Source: an uncultured Anaerolineales bacterium (GTDB taxonomy: Bacteria > Chloroflexota > Anaerolineae > Anaerolineales > UBA11858). From it: a DNA stretch of 64,000 bases. How positions within the stretch are numbered: position 1 is the first letter of the stretch; every line of letters begins with the position of its first letter. This document shows positions 28,470-38,456 of this stretch, piece by piece. Position numbers and translations under genes: made by a program. A model generated the notes under the pieces. It searched no databases. It was not told the DNA's origin and worked only from the letters and a program-made list of their open reading frames with translations. The stretch covers positions 14,767 to 78,766 of the forward strand of contig CAYWFK010000005.1 of NCBI GenBank assembly GCA_964457375.1, read 5' to 3'.

Positions 28470-29021
28470 ATGACTCCCCGAAACACCTATTCAATCAAAA
28501 TCGCCGGTCTCTCCCGAGAATTACCCCTCTTCGAAGTACAGCCGGGCATCCGTATCGCCATTCTCAACATCCTGGGCGATACCGAACTGGTACAAGCCAG
28601 CGCCCGGGCACTTGACGAAAAACTGAACGACATCGATTACGATTTGATCATCACTGCGGAAGCCAAAAGCATCCCGTTGGCATATGCCCTTTCCCTACTT
28701 ACCGGCAAACCCTACATCATCCTGCGCAAAAAATACCGCTCATATATGGGAAACACCATCGAGACGGAAACAATCTCCATCACAACCGGTCATCCCCAAT
28801 ACCTGTATCTGGATGAAAAAGACCGCAAACTCCTCGAAGGCAAGAAAGCCTTGCTGGTCGATGATGTCATCAGCACAGGTTCGACATTAAAAGGCATGAA
28901 ACAAATCGTCGAAAAAGCCGGTGCGGAAGTCGCTGCTTCTGCCGCCATCCTCACCGAAGGGGATGCAGAGCAATGGAAAGACATCATCGCGTTGGGTCAT
29001 TTGCCGGTTTTCAAAAGTTAG
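28470..29021 (+). CDS. Phosphoribosyltransferase family protein (adenine/purine PRT-like)
   Basis: PRPP-binding motif ALLVDDVISTGSTL. 183 aa. Confidence 0.8.
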   Translation: MTPRNTYSIKIAGLSRELPLFEVQPGIRIAILNILGDTELVQASARALDEKLNDIDYDLIITAEAKSIPLAYALSLLTGKPYIILRKKYRSYMGNTIETETISITTGHPQYLYLDEKDRKLLEGKKALLVDDVISTGSTLKGMKQIVEKAGAEVAASAAILTEGDAEQWKDIIALGHLPVFKS

Positions 29022-30268
29022 CTCCTGTCACCGTCTGGCATCCCTGCCAACACACCGTCAGAAGCTGATTCAGCAAGCGGGATCGTAACCAGCACCACAG
29101 GGTTTCTGCCCAGCCGTGTCAGGAACAGGGTTCGGGTCTTCTCCCCTTGCAGACGCAAGCGGCGGATTAGCAAATCGGGCTCGATGGGAGAACCCCGCTT
29201 TTTGACAATCACATGCCCGATACCCCGCTCCCGCAAATACCGGCGCAGCTGCTTGAGCCGGAACGGAAACCAATCCTCGATTTGCCACACACGGGCATAA
29301 GCGGTTTTCACATACCGGTTTCCCGACAAATACGCAATCCTCGGATCAAGCAGGAAAGCATCCAGCTGCTCCCCCAGAACCGAAATCAACCCGGAACGAA
29401 TGACAGCCGGGTCGGGTTCGTAAAGATACACCCCCGGTTCGCTAACCGGCAGCGGGGAGGCAACCCCCTCTTTCAGGCTCAGGCTCTCTCCACCGGGGAG
29501 CAGTGTTGCCCGGTATCGTGCCGTTTTCAGCTCCCCAAACCACAAGACACATTCCTTTAAGTTCCCGTTGACAGAAATGAATTCAATCTCCGCATCATAA
29601 GAAGCAATTTCGTTCAAATCGACCCCGGGAGAAATCTTGACGCCAACAGCGGGGAACAAGTCAATCCAATCATCGACAACCTGCAAAGGAGGGGCGTAAC
29701 GGGAAACCGAAAACACCCGCCTGCCATTCTTCCGCCGTGCCGGGTCGAAAAATACAGCCGGAACACCGGAAAAAGCCAGCGGTGATCTCAAATCAGCCTG
29801 AACAAAAGCAGCCGGGAGGTTCAAAGCCTGCGCATTGGCATGCGCCATCGTCAACCGCAAACGATCCCGGTCGACCCCGATCACCGGGGCATACCGCGCC
29901 ATCGCCAACAAATCACTCCCCACAGAACACCCCAAGTCCAGAATACGCCGCTGATGGCGGTAGCGTTCGGCGCGGTACCCGGCAACAAGATGCGAAGATG
30001 CCTGCTCCAAAGCTTCGCGGGTAAAGAACATCTTCTCCGCTTCGGGGAACTTCTTTTGCGCTCCTTTCCTTAAGATAGCAGTTTCCAAAGATGCACGCGC
30101 CAGATCAGCTGGAAACGATTTGCACAAACGCTGGTAATTCTGCAAAAAATCCGTTTCCACAGGTGAAAGCGCCCATGCAGCTTGCAAGGCTTCCTGCCCG
30201 GTTTGGGTAAACAACCGCTTGAATGTAGCCAAATCCATAGCATTTTCCTGAATATCACGTTCTGGCAC
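29018..30268 (-). CDS. Class I SAM-dependent methyltransferase with THUMP-like C-terminal domain
   Basis: SAM motif I ILDLGCSVGSDLL. The start is either GTG at 30268 or ATG at 30238 (MDLATFKRLF). The stop overlaps the convergent PRTase stop by 4 nt. Confidence 0.8.
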   Translation of the reverse strand: MPERDIQENAMDLATFKRLFTQTGQEALQAAWALSPVETDFLQNYQRLCKSFPADLARASLETAILRKGAQKKFPEAEKMFFTREALEQASSHLVAGYRAERYRHQRRILDLGCSVGSDLLAMARYAPVIGVDRDRLRLTMAHANAQALNLPAAFVQADLRSPLAFSGVPAVFFDPARRKNGRRVFSVSRYAPPLQVVDDWIDLFPAVGVKISPGVDLNEIASYDAEIEFISVNGNLKECVLWFGELKTARYRATLLPGGESLSLKEGVASPLPVSEPGVYLYEPDPAVIRSGLISVLGEQLDAFLLDPRIAYLSGNRYVKTAYARVWQIEDWFPFRLKQLRRYLRERGIGHVIVKKRGSPIEPDLLIRRLRLQGEKTRTLFLTRLGRNPVVLVTIPLAESASDGVLAGMPDGDRS

Positions 30269-30309
30269 AATCTTATCACGCGCAAAATAGTATGAACGTC
30301 ATATTCTTT

Positions 30310-30338
30310 TTGACGGGAAGGCACGCATGGGCTACAAT
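30310..30338 (+). promoter_or_regulatory. Sigma70-type promoter (TTGACG-17 nt-TACAAT) for the aldehyde dehydrogenase gene
   Basis: -35 at 30310-30315, exact 17-nt spacer, -10 at 30333-30338. It lies about 90 nt upstream of the ATG at 30427, which has an AGGAGG RBS. Confidence 0.6.
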
Positions 30339-30426
30339 ATGCAAGCAAACCGGTATTAATGAAAACCCCCGTTTGCAAATACACGGTTAAAATCGGGAAA
30401 CACAAATAAAACAGGAGGTTGGTTGA

Positions 30427-31998
30427 ATGAGCGATTTCAAACTTACTTACGCGACCATGTTCAATCCCCCGGAAGAGCTGCACACCCGTTTTGAAGAAGC
30501 ACTTGCAAAGGTCAAAGCATCTCTCGGTCAGGAATATGGCATGATTATCAATGGCAAAGAATGCTTTGCAGAGGACAAGTTCAAAAGTACCAATCCGGCC
30601 AATACGGAACAAGTTCTTGGTGTGTTCCAAAAAGGCACAGCAGAAGATGCAAACAAAGCCATTGCAGCAGCAAGAGCTGCCTTTCCTGCATGGAGCCACA
30701 AGGATTACAAAGAAAGAATCGCTATTCTACGCAAAGCTGCCGACCTTATCGACAAAAGAATTTTCGAAATCGGTGCAGCAATGGCGCTGGAAGTCGGTAA
30801 AAACCGCATGGAATCCCTGGGAGATGCGGCAGAAACCGCCGAACTTATCCGTTACTCTTGCTATCAAATGGAAAAGAACAACGGCTTTATCGTAGAAATG
30901 GGCAAAGATCCCCTGGTTGGATACACAGCCACGAATTATTCGGTACTGCGTCCGTATGGCGTTTGGCTGGTCATCAGCCCCTTCAATTTTCCCACCGCAC
31001 TCACCGGCGGGCCTGCCGGTGCCGCACTCGTCGCCGGGAACACCGTAGTGATGAAACCCGCATCGGATACCCCCTGGACAGTCCGCCTGCTGGCTGAATG
31101 CTTCCGGGATGCCGGCGTTCCTGACGGTGTGATGAACTATGTAACCGGTTCCGGCAGTGTGATTGGCAAAGCACTCATCGAAAACGAAGAAGTAGACGGC
31201 TTGACCTTCACCGGTTCTTACGACATCGGGATGGGTATTTTCAGGCATTTCGCCCAGCGCAATTACGTCCGCCCGACGATCCTCGAACTTGGCGGCAAAA
31301 ACCCCGCAATCGTTTCCCGCAATGCGGATGTCGAACGGGCTGCCATTGGAATCGTTCGCTCTGCCTTCGGTTTGCAAGGGCAAAAGTGCTCCGCTTGCTC
31401 CCGTGTTTTCATCGAGGAACCTTTGTATGATGCCGTTGTCGAACGTGTCGTTGCCCTGACAAAGAAACTTGCCATCGGCGACCCCACAGACCGCAGTGTC
31501 TACCTTGGGCCTGTCGTCAACAAATCATCGTATCGTGACTATCAGGAATTTACGAAAGAGTTATTCGAAGCAGGCAAAGTACTAACCGGCGGCAATGTGC
31601 TCACGGACGGCGAGTTTGCCAAAGGATACTTCTGCGAACCGACGATTGTCGTCGATGTGCCCATCGAACACCGTTTGTGGAAATACGAAATGTTCCTGCC
31701 AATCACGATGATCCATAAAGTGAACAGCCTCGAAGAAGCCATGAAACTGGCAAACGATGTCGATTACGGGCTTACCTCCGGTTTCTATGGCAGCAAAGAA
31801 GAAGTCAGGTGGTACTTCGATCATATTCAGGCAGGTGTAAACTACGCAAACCGTCCTCAGGGAGCAACGACAGGCGCATGGCCCGGATTCCAGCCCTTCG
31901 GTGGATGGAAAGGCTCAGGCTCCAGCGGGAAGAACGCTGGCGGTCATTACTACCTGCAACTATACATGCACGAACAAATCCAGACCCTGGTTGACTAA
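30427..31998 (+). CDS. pruA: Aldehyde dehydrogenase family; probable L-glutamate gamma-semialdehyde (1-pyrroline-5-carboxylate) dehydrogenase
   Basis: 523 aa. GKN..E..GD.AE.I, ELGGKNP, FG.QGQKCSACSR and the C-terminal TGA.PG.QPFGG.KGSG motif resemble PruA-type P5C dehydrogenases as I recall them. Confidence 0.75.
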   Translation: MSDFKLTYATMFNPPEELHTRFEEALAKVKASLGQEYGMIINGKECFAEDKFKSTNPANTEQVLGVFQKGTAEDANKAIAAARAAFPAWSHKDYKERIAILRKAADLIDKRIFEIGAAMALEVGKNRMESLGDAAETAELIRYSCYQMEKNNGFIVEMGKDPLVGYTATNYSVLRPYGVWLVISPFNFPTALTGGPAGAALVAGNTVVMKPASDTPWTVRLLAECFRDAGVPDGVMNYVTGSGSVIGKALIENEEVDGLTFTGSYDIGMGIFRHFAQRNYVRPTILELGGKNPAIVSRNADVERAAIGIVRSAFGLQGQKCSACSRVFIEEPLYDAVVERVVALTKKLAIGDPTDRSVYLGPVVNKSSYRDYQEFTKELFEAGKVLTGGNVLTDGEFAKGYFCEPTIVVDVPIEHRLWKYEMFLPITMIHKVNSLEEAMKLANDVDYGLTSGFYGSKEEVRWYFDHIQAGVNYANRPQGATTGAWPGFQPFGGWKGSGSSGKNAGGHYYLQLYMHEQIQTLVD

Positions 31999-32018
31999 CC
32001 ATTATGTTTCAAGCATAC

Positions 32019-32040
32019 GGGGGCGGTATCATCCGCCCCC
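32019..32040 (+). terminator. GC-rich hairpin after the aldehyde dehydrogenase gene (terminator-like, no U-tract)
   Basis: 8-bp stem GGGGGCGG/CCGCCCCC with a 6-nt loop, followed by AAAACC rather than Ts. Confidence 0.3.
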
Positions 32041-32059
32041 AAAACCAAAAGAAACAAAC

Positions 32060-32335
32060 ATGAAAACAAAATTCGGTGCCTTCCTCCTTTTGGTGGGCAT
32101 TTTGGTCTTCCTTGTAACCTACTTCGGGGCATCCGCAGCAAGGCTTCCCTTTACCGTCGTTCTCTTCGGCTTGTGCTGCACGGTATTGGGCGGCTGGCTT
32201 CTTCTTCACAAACCATCATCCGCTCAGTCAGAAGAAGCAAACCGACGGTTTCGCACACTACGCCATCTTCAGGCAAAACTCAAAAAAGACCAGGAAAACA
32301 ATCAGGAAGAAGAAAATCAAACGCACCACTCATAA
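32060..32335 (+). CDS. Small membrane protein (hypothetical)
   Basis: ATG at 32060. Two TM helices, then a charged tail (KLKKDQENNQEEENQ). Confidence 0.5.
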   Translation: MKTKFGAFLLLVGILVFLVTYFGASAARLPFTVVLFGLCCTVLGGWLLLHKPSSAQSEEANRRFRTLRHLQAKLKKDQENNQEEENQTHHS

Positions 32336-32358
32336 TCGAATCATCTCGTCCAAACCTT

Positions 32359-33261
32359 ATGACAAAACTACAATCCTTATCCACGGCTATTTCAAATTTC
32401 GTTCACGACGGAGATACCATTTACGCTGCCGGCTTCACCCACCTGATTCCCTTTGCAGCCGGGCACGAAATCATCCGGCAAAACAGGAAAAATCTTGTGC
32501 TTGCCAGAGCAACCCCTGACCTGATTTACGACCAGCTCGTTGCCGCCGGATGCGCCCGCAAAGTGATTTTTTCCTATATGGGAAATCCGGGGGTAGGCTC
32601 TCTCCGCGCCACTCGGGCAGCTATTGAATCAGGAGCATTGGCATGGGAAGAATACTCCCATTTCAGCATGATTTCCCGCCTGCAAGCCGGTGCCACAGGA
32701 TTGCCTTTCATGCCGATGAACCCGACTGCTGCCGGCGACCTGGCACGCGCCAACCCAAACTATCGCACGGTCAAAGACCCGTACAGCGGCAAAGAAGTGA
32801 TTGTCGTCCCCGCCCTGACCCCGGATGTCGCCATCGTCCACGCCCAGCGGGCAGACGCACAAGGCAACGCCCAAATTTGGGGCATCATTGGCGAACAGCG
32901 TGAAGCGGCATTTGCCGCCAGGCATGTCATCCTCACCGCAGAAGAAATCGTGGAAGAAACCATCATTCGCGCTGACCCCAACCGCACGATTATTCCCGGT
33001 TTCATCGTCGATGCCGTATGCCATGTCCCCTTTTGCGCACATCCTTCTTATACTCAGGGCTATTACGACCGGGATAATGCCTTCTACCTCGCCTGGGACA
33101 AAATCAGCAAGTCACCCGAAACACTAAAATCCTACCTGGACGAATGGGTATACGGCGTTCAGGACCGCCAACAGTATTGGGAAAAACTCGGAAAAGACGT
33201 CCACAACCGCCTGAGCGTTCCCCAACGCATGAGCCACCCGATTAATTACGGGCAATACTAA
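32359..33261 (+). CDS. CoA-transferase family I, subunit A (glutaconate/3-oxoacid CoA-transferase-like)
   Basis: Start refined to the ATG at 32359. 300 aa with a subunit-A pattern (DGDTIYAAGFTH..., VAIVHAQRADAQGN). Confidence 0.85.
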   Translation: MTKLQSLSTAISNFVHDGDTIYAAGFTHLIPFAAGHEIIRQNRKNLVLARATPDLIYDQLVAAGCARKVIFSYMGNPGVGSLRATRAAIESGALAWEEYSHFSMISRLQAGATGLPFMPMNPTAAGDLARANPNYRTVKDPYSGKEVIVVPALTPDVAIVHAQRADAQGNAQIWGIIGEQREAAFAARHVILTAEEIVEETIIRADPNRTIIPGFIVDAVCHVPFCAHPSYTQGYYDRDNAFYLAWDKISKSPETLKSYLDEWVYGVQDRQQYWEKLGKDVHNRLSVPQRMSHPINYGQY

Positions 33262-33272
33262 CCCGGTTCGAC

Positions 33273-34142
33273 TTGCCGATACCAATGACAATTCCTCGCA
33301 CCGAATTCAGCAAAAGAGGCTATCCGCTTCATTTTGCCCACGCAAACGGATACCACCCCGGCGCTTATGCGCCCTTGCTGAAAAAGCTTGCCGGCAAATA
33401 CCACATCGTTGCCGCACACATGCGCCCGCTATGGGCATCATCCCGGCCGGAAGAAATCCGGAATTGGATGCCCTTTGCCGAAGATCTGCTGACTTTTCTC
33501 GATGAATTTCCGAAAACGCCGGTCATCGGAGTCGGGCATTCCATTGGAGCGACGATTACACTCCTCGCCGCCATGCAAAAACCGGAGCGGTTCAGGACGC
33601 TGGTACTTTATGATCCGGTACTCTTTCCGCCGCGGATTGGCAGGTTTTGGAAAATCGCAGCCTGGGCAGGGCTGAACACCAGGCTCCATCCATTGGCAAA
33701 GCAGGCACGCCGCCGCAGGCGCATTTACCCGAACCGCGAAGCTATCTTCGAATCCTATCGCAGGAAACCCGTCTTTCGTTACATCACGGACGAAAACCTG
33801 CGTATTGTCATCAAATCCATCACGAAAATCAACGGGGACGGGCACGCTGTTCTGAATTACCCGCCGGAATGGGAAGCAAGGATTTACGCCACGAGTATGC
33901 TGAAAGACGCTTTCATCTGGAAACGACTGCACCATTTTCGAATTCCAACCCTGATTTTATACAGCAGCAACTCGAATGCGTTTTGGCTTGAATCAGCGAA
34001 ACTTGTCCGCCGCAGGGCACCTGCAATTACACTGGCAAGCTATTCCGAAAGCACCCATTTGCTTCCGCTCGAACAGCCGGAACGCATTGCCCGCGATACC
34101 AACAAGTTCCTCGACACCGGCTCCCTTTCCGGTGATAATTGA
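33273..34142 (+). CDS. Alpha/beta hydrolase fold protein
   Basis: GHSIG nucleophile elbow and a C-terminal His region (STHLLPLEQPE). The start is TTG at 33273 or ATG at 33285. Confidence 0.8.
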   Translation: MPIPMTIPRTEFSKRGYPLHFAHANGYHPGAYAPLLKKLAGKYHIVAAHMRPLWASSRPEEIRNWMPFAEDLLTFLDEFPKTPVIGVGHSIGATITLLAAMQKPERFRTLVLYDPVLFPPRIGRFWKIAAWAGLNTRLHPLAKQARRRRRIYPNREAIFESYRRKPVFRYITDENLRIVIKSITKINGDGHAVLNYPPEWEARIYATSMLKDAFIWKRLHHFRIPTLILYSSNSNAFWLESAKLVRRRAPAITLASYSESTHLLPLEQPERIARDTNKFLDTGSLSGDN

Positions 34143-34196
34143 AGCCGGGAACAGCTGCGACCCAAAGACAGGAAATTACGTATAGAGAATGAAACA

Positions 34197-34964
34197 ATGA
34201 CTGAAAACAACTATTCATCAGCAGAATTACTAACCATCAATGCTGCCCGCTTGCTGCGGGATGGCGATGTCGTCTTTGTCGGCGTCGGGCTGCCGAACCT
34301 GGCTTGCAATCTCGCCCGCCGCACACACGCCCCCAACCTGGTCATGATTTACGAAGCGGGCGTCATCGGCGCGCAACCCTCGCGCCTGCCGCTCTCCATC
34401 GGTGACCCGACTCTGGTCAGCGGTGCCATTTCCGTATGCAGCATGTATGATATCTTTTCGCTCTATCTCCAGCGGGGAAATGTCGATGTCGGCTTTCTCG
34501 GCGGCGCCCAAATCGACCGATTTTGCAACATCAACGCCACCGTCATCGGCGAGTATACATCCCCCAAAGTGCGCCTTCCCGGGTCGGGCGGTTCGATGGA
34601 AATTGCCGCCTGGGCAAACCGCTGTTACATCATCACCCCACACCAAAAGAGACGCTTTCCGGAAAAAGTCGATTTCCGCACCTCGGCGGGTTTTCTCGGC
34701 GGGCGCGCCGAGCGGGAAGCATCAGGAGTACGCGGAAGCGGTCCCGCCCTGGTCGTTACCGACCTCGGTTTTCTTGAACCGGATGAAAACGGAGAACTGA
34801 CCCTGACCGCCCTGCACCCCGGAAAGACTGTCGAGCAAGTCAAAGAGAATACCGGTTGGGAGATTAAAATTTCCCGAAATATAAAAACGACCGAGCCCCC
34901 GCATGAAGACGAGTTACGCATCCTGCGGGAAGAACTCGATCCACAACACATCTACCTGAAATAG
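34197..34964 (+). CDS. CoA-transferase family I, subunit B
   Basis: 255 aa with a subunit-B pattern (VFVGVGLPNLA..., MIYEAGVIG, LPGSGGSMEIA). Confidence 0.85.
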   Translation: MTENNYSSAELLTINAARLLRDGDVVFVGVGLPNLACNLARRTHAPNLVMIYEAGVIGAQPSRLPLSIGDPTLVSGAISVCSMYDIFSLYLQRGNVDVGFLGGAQIDRFCNINATVIGEYTSPKVRLPGSGGSMEIAAWANRCYIITPHQKRRFPEKVDFRTSAGFLGGRAEREASGVRGSGPALVVTDLGFLEPDENGELTLTALHPGKTVEQVKENTGWEIKISRNIKTTEPPHEDELRILREELDPQHIYLK

Positions 34965-34976
34965 GCAAAAAAACTT

Positions 34977-35906
34977 ATGAAAAATACAACTCACGAAAAA
35001 CGTCCTTTGTTTGCGGTCATTTTCCTCTCTCCGGAAGAAAAACGACTGCGCGCCTTCTGGCGCCTGCTGGTACAAACCATCATACTTCTCCTGGTAGCCA
35101 TACCCGCCGGCTTGTTCGTCGGGATGATATTATTTTGGTATACCGGCAATCCTTTATTGACCTCCCAGCTCATTGCTGCCGTAGCAACAACGAGTGCCGT
35201 CTGGATTGCCCGCCGATTCATCGACAAACGCAGCTTCACGAGCCTTGGCTTCAAGCTTGGGCGTATGGCATTGAAAGACTTTGCCATCGGCACGGTGATT
35301 TCCGCTTTGCTCATGGGAATGGTTTTTGTCGCGGAATGGGCACTTGGCTGGCTGCACTTCGAAGCCTTCGCCTGGAGCAAAGTATCCTGGCAGGTAGTCC
35401 TCTCGAACATCGCCCTTTATGTCATCATCTTTCTAATCGTTGCCTGGAACGAAGAACTGCTCGCCAGAGGGTATTGGTTTCAAAACATCGAAGACGGGAC
35501 GAATGTCTTTTGGGCTTTGTTACTCTCTTCCGCCTTTTTTGCCGTGGGGCATGCCGGAAACCCCAATGCGTCGTATACCGCCGTCCTTGCCCTGGTGCTT
35601 GCCGGTATCTTTCTGGCGTTCGGTTACATACGCACACGGCAGCTTTGGCTTCCCATCGGGCTGCATTTCGGCTGGAACCTGTTCGAAGGGACGATTTTCG
35701 GCTTCCCGGTCAGCGGCATCGATATGTTCCGCGTCATCCAGCAAACCAACGACGGCCCCGCTGCATGGACGGGTGGTGCGTTTGGGCCCGAAGCCGGTTT
35801 GATTATCATCCCCACCCTGGCTATTGGTGTCGGGTTGATCTTTCTATACACCAGAGGACGCATCCGAAAAAACAGCAATCTTTCCGGCGAGACAACACCC
35901 CATTGA
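34977..35906 (+). CDS. CPBP family intramembrane glutamic endopeptidase (CAAX protease-like)
   Basis: Motifs NEELLARG (EExxxR), FFAVGH (FxxxH) and HFGWN (HxxxN) in a polytopic membrane protein. Confidence 0.85.
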   Translation: MKNTTHEKRPLFAVIFLSPEEKRLRAFWRLLVQTIILLLVAIPAGLFVGMILFWYTGNPLLTSQLIAAVATTSAVWIARRFIDKRSFTSLGFKLGRMALKDFAIGTVISALLMGMVFVAEWALGWLHFEAFAWSKVSWQVVLSNIALYVIIFLIVAWNEELLARGYWFQNIEDGTNVFWALLLSSAFFAVGHAGNPNASYTAVLALVLAGIFLAFGYIRTRQLWLPIGLHFGWNLFEGTIFGFPVSGIDMFRVIQQTNDGPAAWTGGAFGPEAGLIIIPTLAIGVGLIFLYTRGRIRKNSNLSGETTPH

Positions 35907-36013
35907 TACAGCAGCCGCAGCATATCAACCGGCTGCCAACCGAAGGATGAACAAGCCGGGTGTTCCACCCGGTTTTCCTTCCGACAAGATAAAAACGACC
36001 TGACCCAAAACGC

Positions 36014-37540
36014 ATGTTCCTTTTTGCCTTCGTTCCGATTGCCATCATTCTTGCCCTAATGGTCGGTTTCCATTGGGGAGCATCAAGGGCCGGTGCTGCC
36101 GGTTATATCAGTGCCCTGATCATCGCCGTTTTCGTGTTCGGCAGCACCGGAGAAGTCCTCGCTGTTGCGCACGGCAAAGCGCTGTTGCTCACGGTTGACG
36201 TGCTGATGATCATTTGGGCAGCCTTCCTTCTCTTTCGCGTCGCCGATGAAGCCGGTGCTATCCGTACAATTGGCAAAGCACTCCCCTACCTGACTGCAGA
36301 CCGGGGCATGCAGGCACTGGTCATCGGGTGGGTATTCGCTTCCTTCCTGCAAGGAGTCGGCGGCTTTGGAGTACCCGTGGCAGTGATCGCACCTATTTTG
36401 GTCGGGTTGGGTTTCACGCCGCTCTCCGCGGTAGTCATCCCCTCCGTAGGACATTCGTGGGCGGTAACCTTTGGCTCTCTCGGTTCATCTTTCCAGGCGC
36501 TGATGGCTGCCACCGGCCTGGAATGGCAAACCCTGGCATCCCCTGCGGCTATTTTCCTCGGCATTGCGGGGATCGCTGCGGGGCTTCTCGTTGCACACGC
36601 TGCCGGCGGTTGGCGTACGTTACGCCGCCTTGCCATTCCCGCGGTCATCCTTGGTATCGTCATGGCAAGCGTCCAATTCCTTGCCGCCACATCCGGATTG
36701 TGGAATATCGGCTCGTTTCTCGGCGGGCTTGCCGGCCTTATCGTTGCACTTCCCCTGGCGCGCAAATACCATGGCGAGCCTGACCGGCAAGATGGCTTCG
36801 AAACCCGTCCGCTGCTCATTGCGCTTTCCGGTTATGCCATCCTGATTGTCATTACGCTTGGCATTCAACTGATTCCTCCGGTCAAACATGCCCTGAGTTT
36901 CTACGTCATTCAGGTTCCTTTCCCCGCGGTAACCACATCGTTGGGGTACACCACAGCAGCGGGTTTGGGGCGTAAAATTCCGCTTTTCCGCCACGCCGGC
37001 ACCATTCTCGCCTGCGCTTCATTGCTGGCATTTCTCGTCTATCGAAAAGCCGGGCTTTATCGTCCCGGAGCAGGCAGGCAGATTCTCACCGGCACCCTCC
37101 GCAAAGTGATTTCATCCAGCGTAGGAATCGCCTCGATGGTTGCCATGGCTGTCGTCATGCAGCACGCGGGGATGACCGATACCCTCGCACGCGGCCTTGC
37201 CGGGAGTATGGGACGTGCGTTCCCCGTCATTGCCCCCTGGATAGGTGCTTTGGGTGCATTCATGACCGGAAGCAACACCAATTCCAACGTCGTCTTTGCC
37301 GCTCTGCAAATGCGCACTGCCGAACTGCTTGCCTACCCGGTAGCGCTCATCCTCGCTGCACAAACCGCAGGCGGCGCACTTGGCTCGGTAATCGCCCCCA
37401 CCAAAGTCGTCGTCGGCGCTTCCACTGCCGGGATGGCCGGCAAGGAAGGGGACGTGATGCGCAAGATGTTTGCCTATACCGGAACACTCATTCTTCTGAT
37501 GAGTGCGCTTGCGCTCATAGCCACGGCAATTTTCTCGTAG
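36014..37540 (+). CDS. lctP: L-lactate permease (LctP family)
   Basis: 508-aa highly hydrophobic protein with an LctP-family pattern (FLQGVGGFGVPVAV, GALGAFMTGSNTNSNV.FA.LQ). Confidence 0.85.
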   Translation: MFLFAFVPIAIILALMVGFHWGASRAGAAGYISALIIAVFVFGSTGEVLAVAHGKALLLTVDVLMIIWAAFLLFRVADEAGAIRTIGKALPYLTADRGMQALVIGWVFASFLQGVGGFGVPVAVIAPILVGLGFTPLSAVVIPSVGHSWAVTFGSLGSSFQALMAATGLEWQTLASPAAIFLGIAGIAAGLLVAHAAGGWRTLRRLAIPAVILGIVMASVQFLAATSGLWNIGSFLGGLAGLIVALPLARKYHGEPDRQDGFETRPLLIALSGYAILIVITLGIQLIPPVKHALSFYVIQVPFPAVTTSLGYTTAAGLGRKIPLFRHAGTILACASLLAFLVYRKAGLYRPGAGRQILTGTLRKVISSSVGIASMVAMAVVMQHAGMTDTLARGLAGSMGRAFPVIAPWIGALGAFMTGSNTNSNVVFAALQMRTAELLAYPVALILAAQTAGGALGSVIAPTKVVVGASTAGMAGKEGDVMRKMFAYTGTLILLMSALALIATAIFS

Positions 37541-37597
37541 CGACAAATTCCCCGTCACCCGGCTTTCGGATGCCAAATCACAGGAAGGAGCACGCTA

Positions 37598-38164
37598 ATG
37601 AATCAACAACCGGAACGCTCCAAAATCAGAAAAAGCCAACGGGCACAAGATGACCTTTGGATCAGGGACTTTCTGCACAAGGCTCCTTACGGCACGCTTG
37701 CCACAGAAGCCGGCGGGCAGCCTTACCTCGTTGCCAGAAATTTCATCTACGATGAAGACACCCATGCGCTTTATCTTCACGGCGCCAAAGCAGGCCGCAC
37801 CTTCCAAAACCTGATGCACAACCCGCGGGTATGCTTTTCGGTGAGCGAAATGGGGCGCCTGATCTCTGCCGGCAAGGCATGCAGTTTTTCGGTGGAATAT
37901 CGCAGTGTCGTGCTGTTCGGTCGGGCTGAAATCATCAGCCAACCCGGGCAAATCCGGCATGCATTACAATTGTTGCTGAAAAAGTACGCTCCGCATCTCG
38001 AACCGGGAAAAGATTACCAGCCTCTGACAGAAGACAATCTGGCAACCGTTGCCGTAATTCGCATCGATATCGACGCATGGAGCGGGAAAGCCCGCCACGC
38101 CAATGACGAAGAAGAGAACCGCACCTTTCTCTTCCCAATTGCAACAAAAACGCACAAAGACTAA
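37598..38164 (+). CDS. Pyridoxamine 5'-phosphate oxidase family (FMN-binding split barrel) protein
   Basis: 188 aa. Pattern YGTLATEAGGQPYLVARNFIYDEDTHALYLHGAKAGRT..., typical of the Pyridox_ox_2/NimA-like family. Confidence 0.8.
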   Translation: MNQQPERSKIRKSQRAQDDLWIRDFLHKAPYGTLATEAGGQPYLVARNFIYDEDTHALYLHGAKAGRTFQNLMHNPRVCFSVSEMGRLISAGKACSFSVEYRSVVLFGRAEIISQPGQIRHALQLLLKKYAPHLEPGKDYQPLTEDNLATVAVIRIDIDAWSGKARHANDEEENRTFLFPIATKTHKD

Positions 38165-38171
38165 TTCCGCC

Positions 38172-38357
38172 ATGAAACAAACAGCCAAAAACCAACGAAA
38201 CAAGAATAAATTCAAATTTCATTTGATCGTCTTTCTGGGAATGATTACCGCTTCTCTCGGCTTGATCATCACTTACCCGCAGCACAATACGCTGCTCACC
38301 TGGGGGTTCATCTTTGTTTTTATGCTGAGCAATCTGGCAGCCTTGTTCATCCGCTAA
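38172..38357 (+). CDS. Small membrane protein (hypothetical)
   Basis: ATG at 38172. 61 aa with a basic N-terminus and two hydrophobic helices. Weak support. Confidence 0.35.
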   Translation: MKQTAKNQRNKNKFKFHLIVFLGMITASLGLIITYPQHNTLLTWGFIFVFMLSNLAALFIR

Positions 38358-38456
38358 CCGGAAATCCCGGATTGATAGTTTCTGAGAGAGAAAACCGTTT
38401 TAATACAAAGAGATGTACACCAATCAAATCACAAATAGAGAAACGGATAATAATCC

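Noticed and set aside
29018-29021. 4-nt overlap of the convergent stop codons of the PRTase and methyltransferase genes.
   Set aside because: It is real in the sequence, but such convergent stop overlaps are common in compact genomes and need no special explanation.
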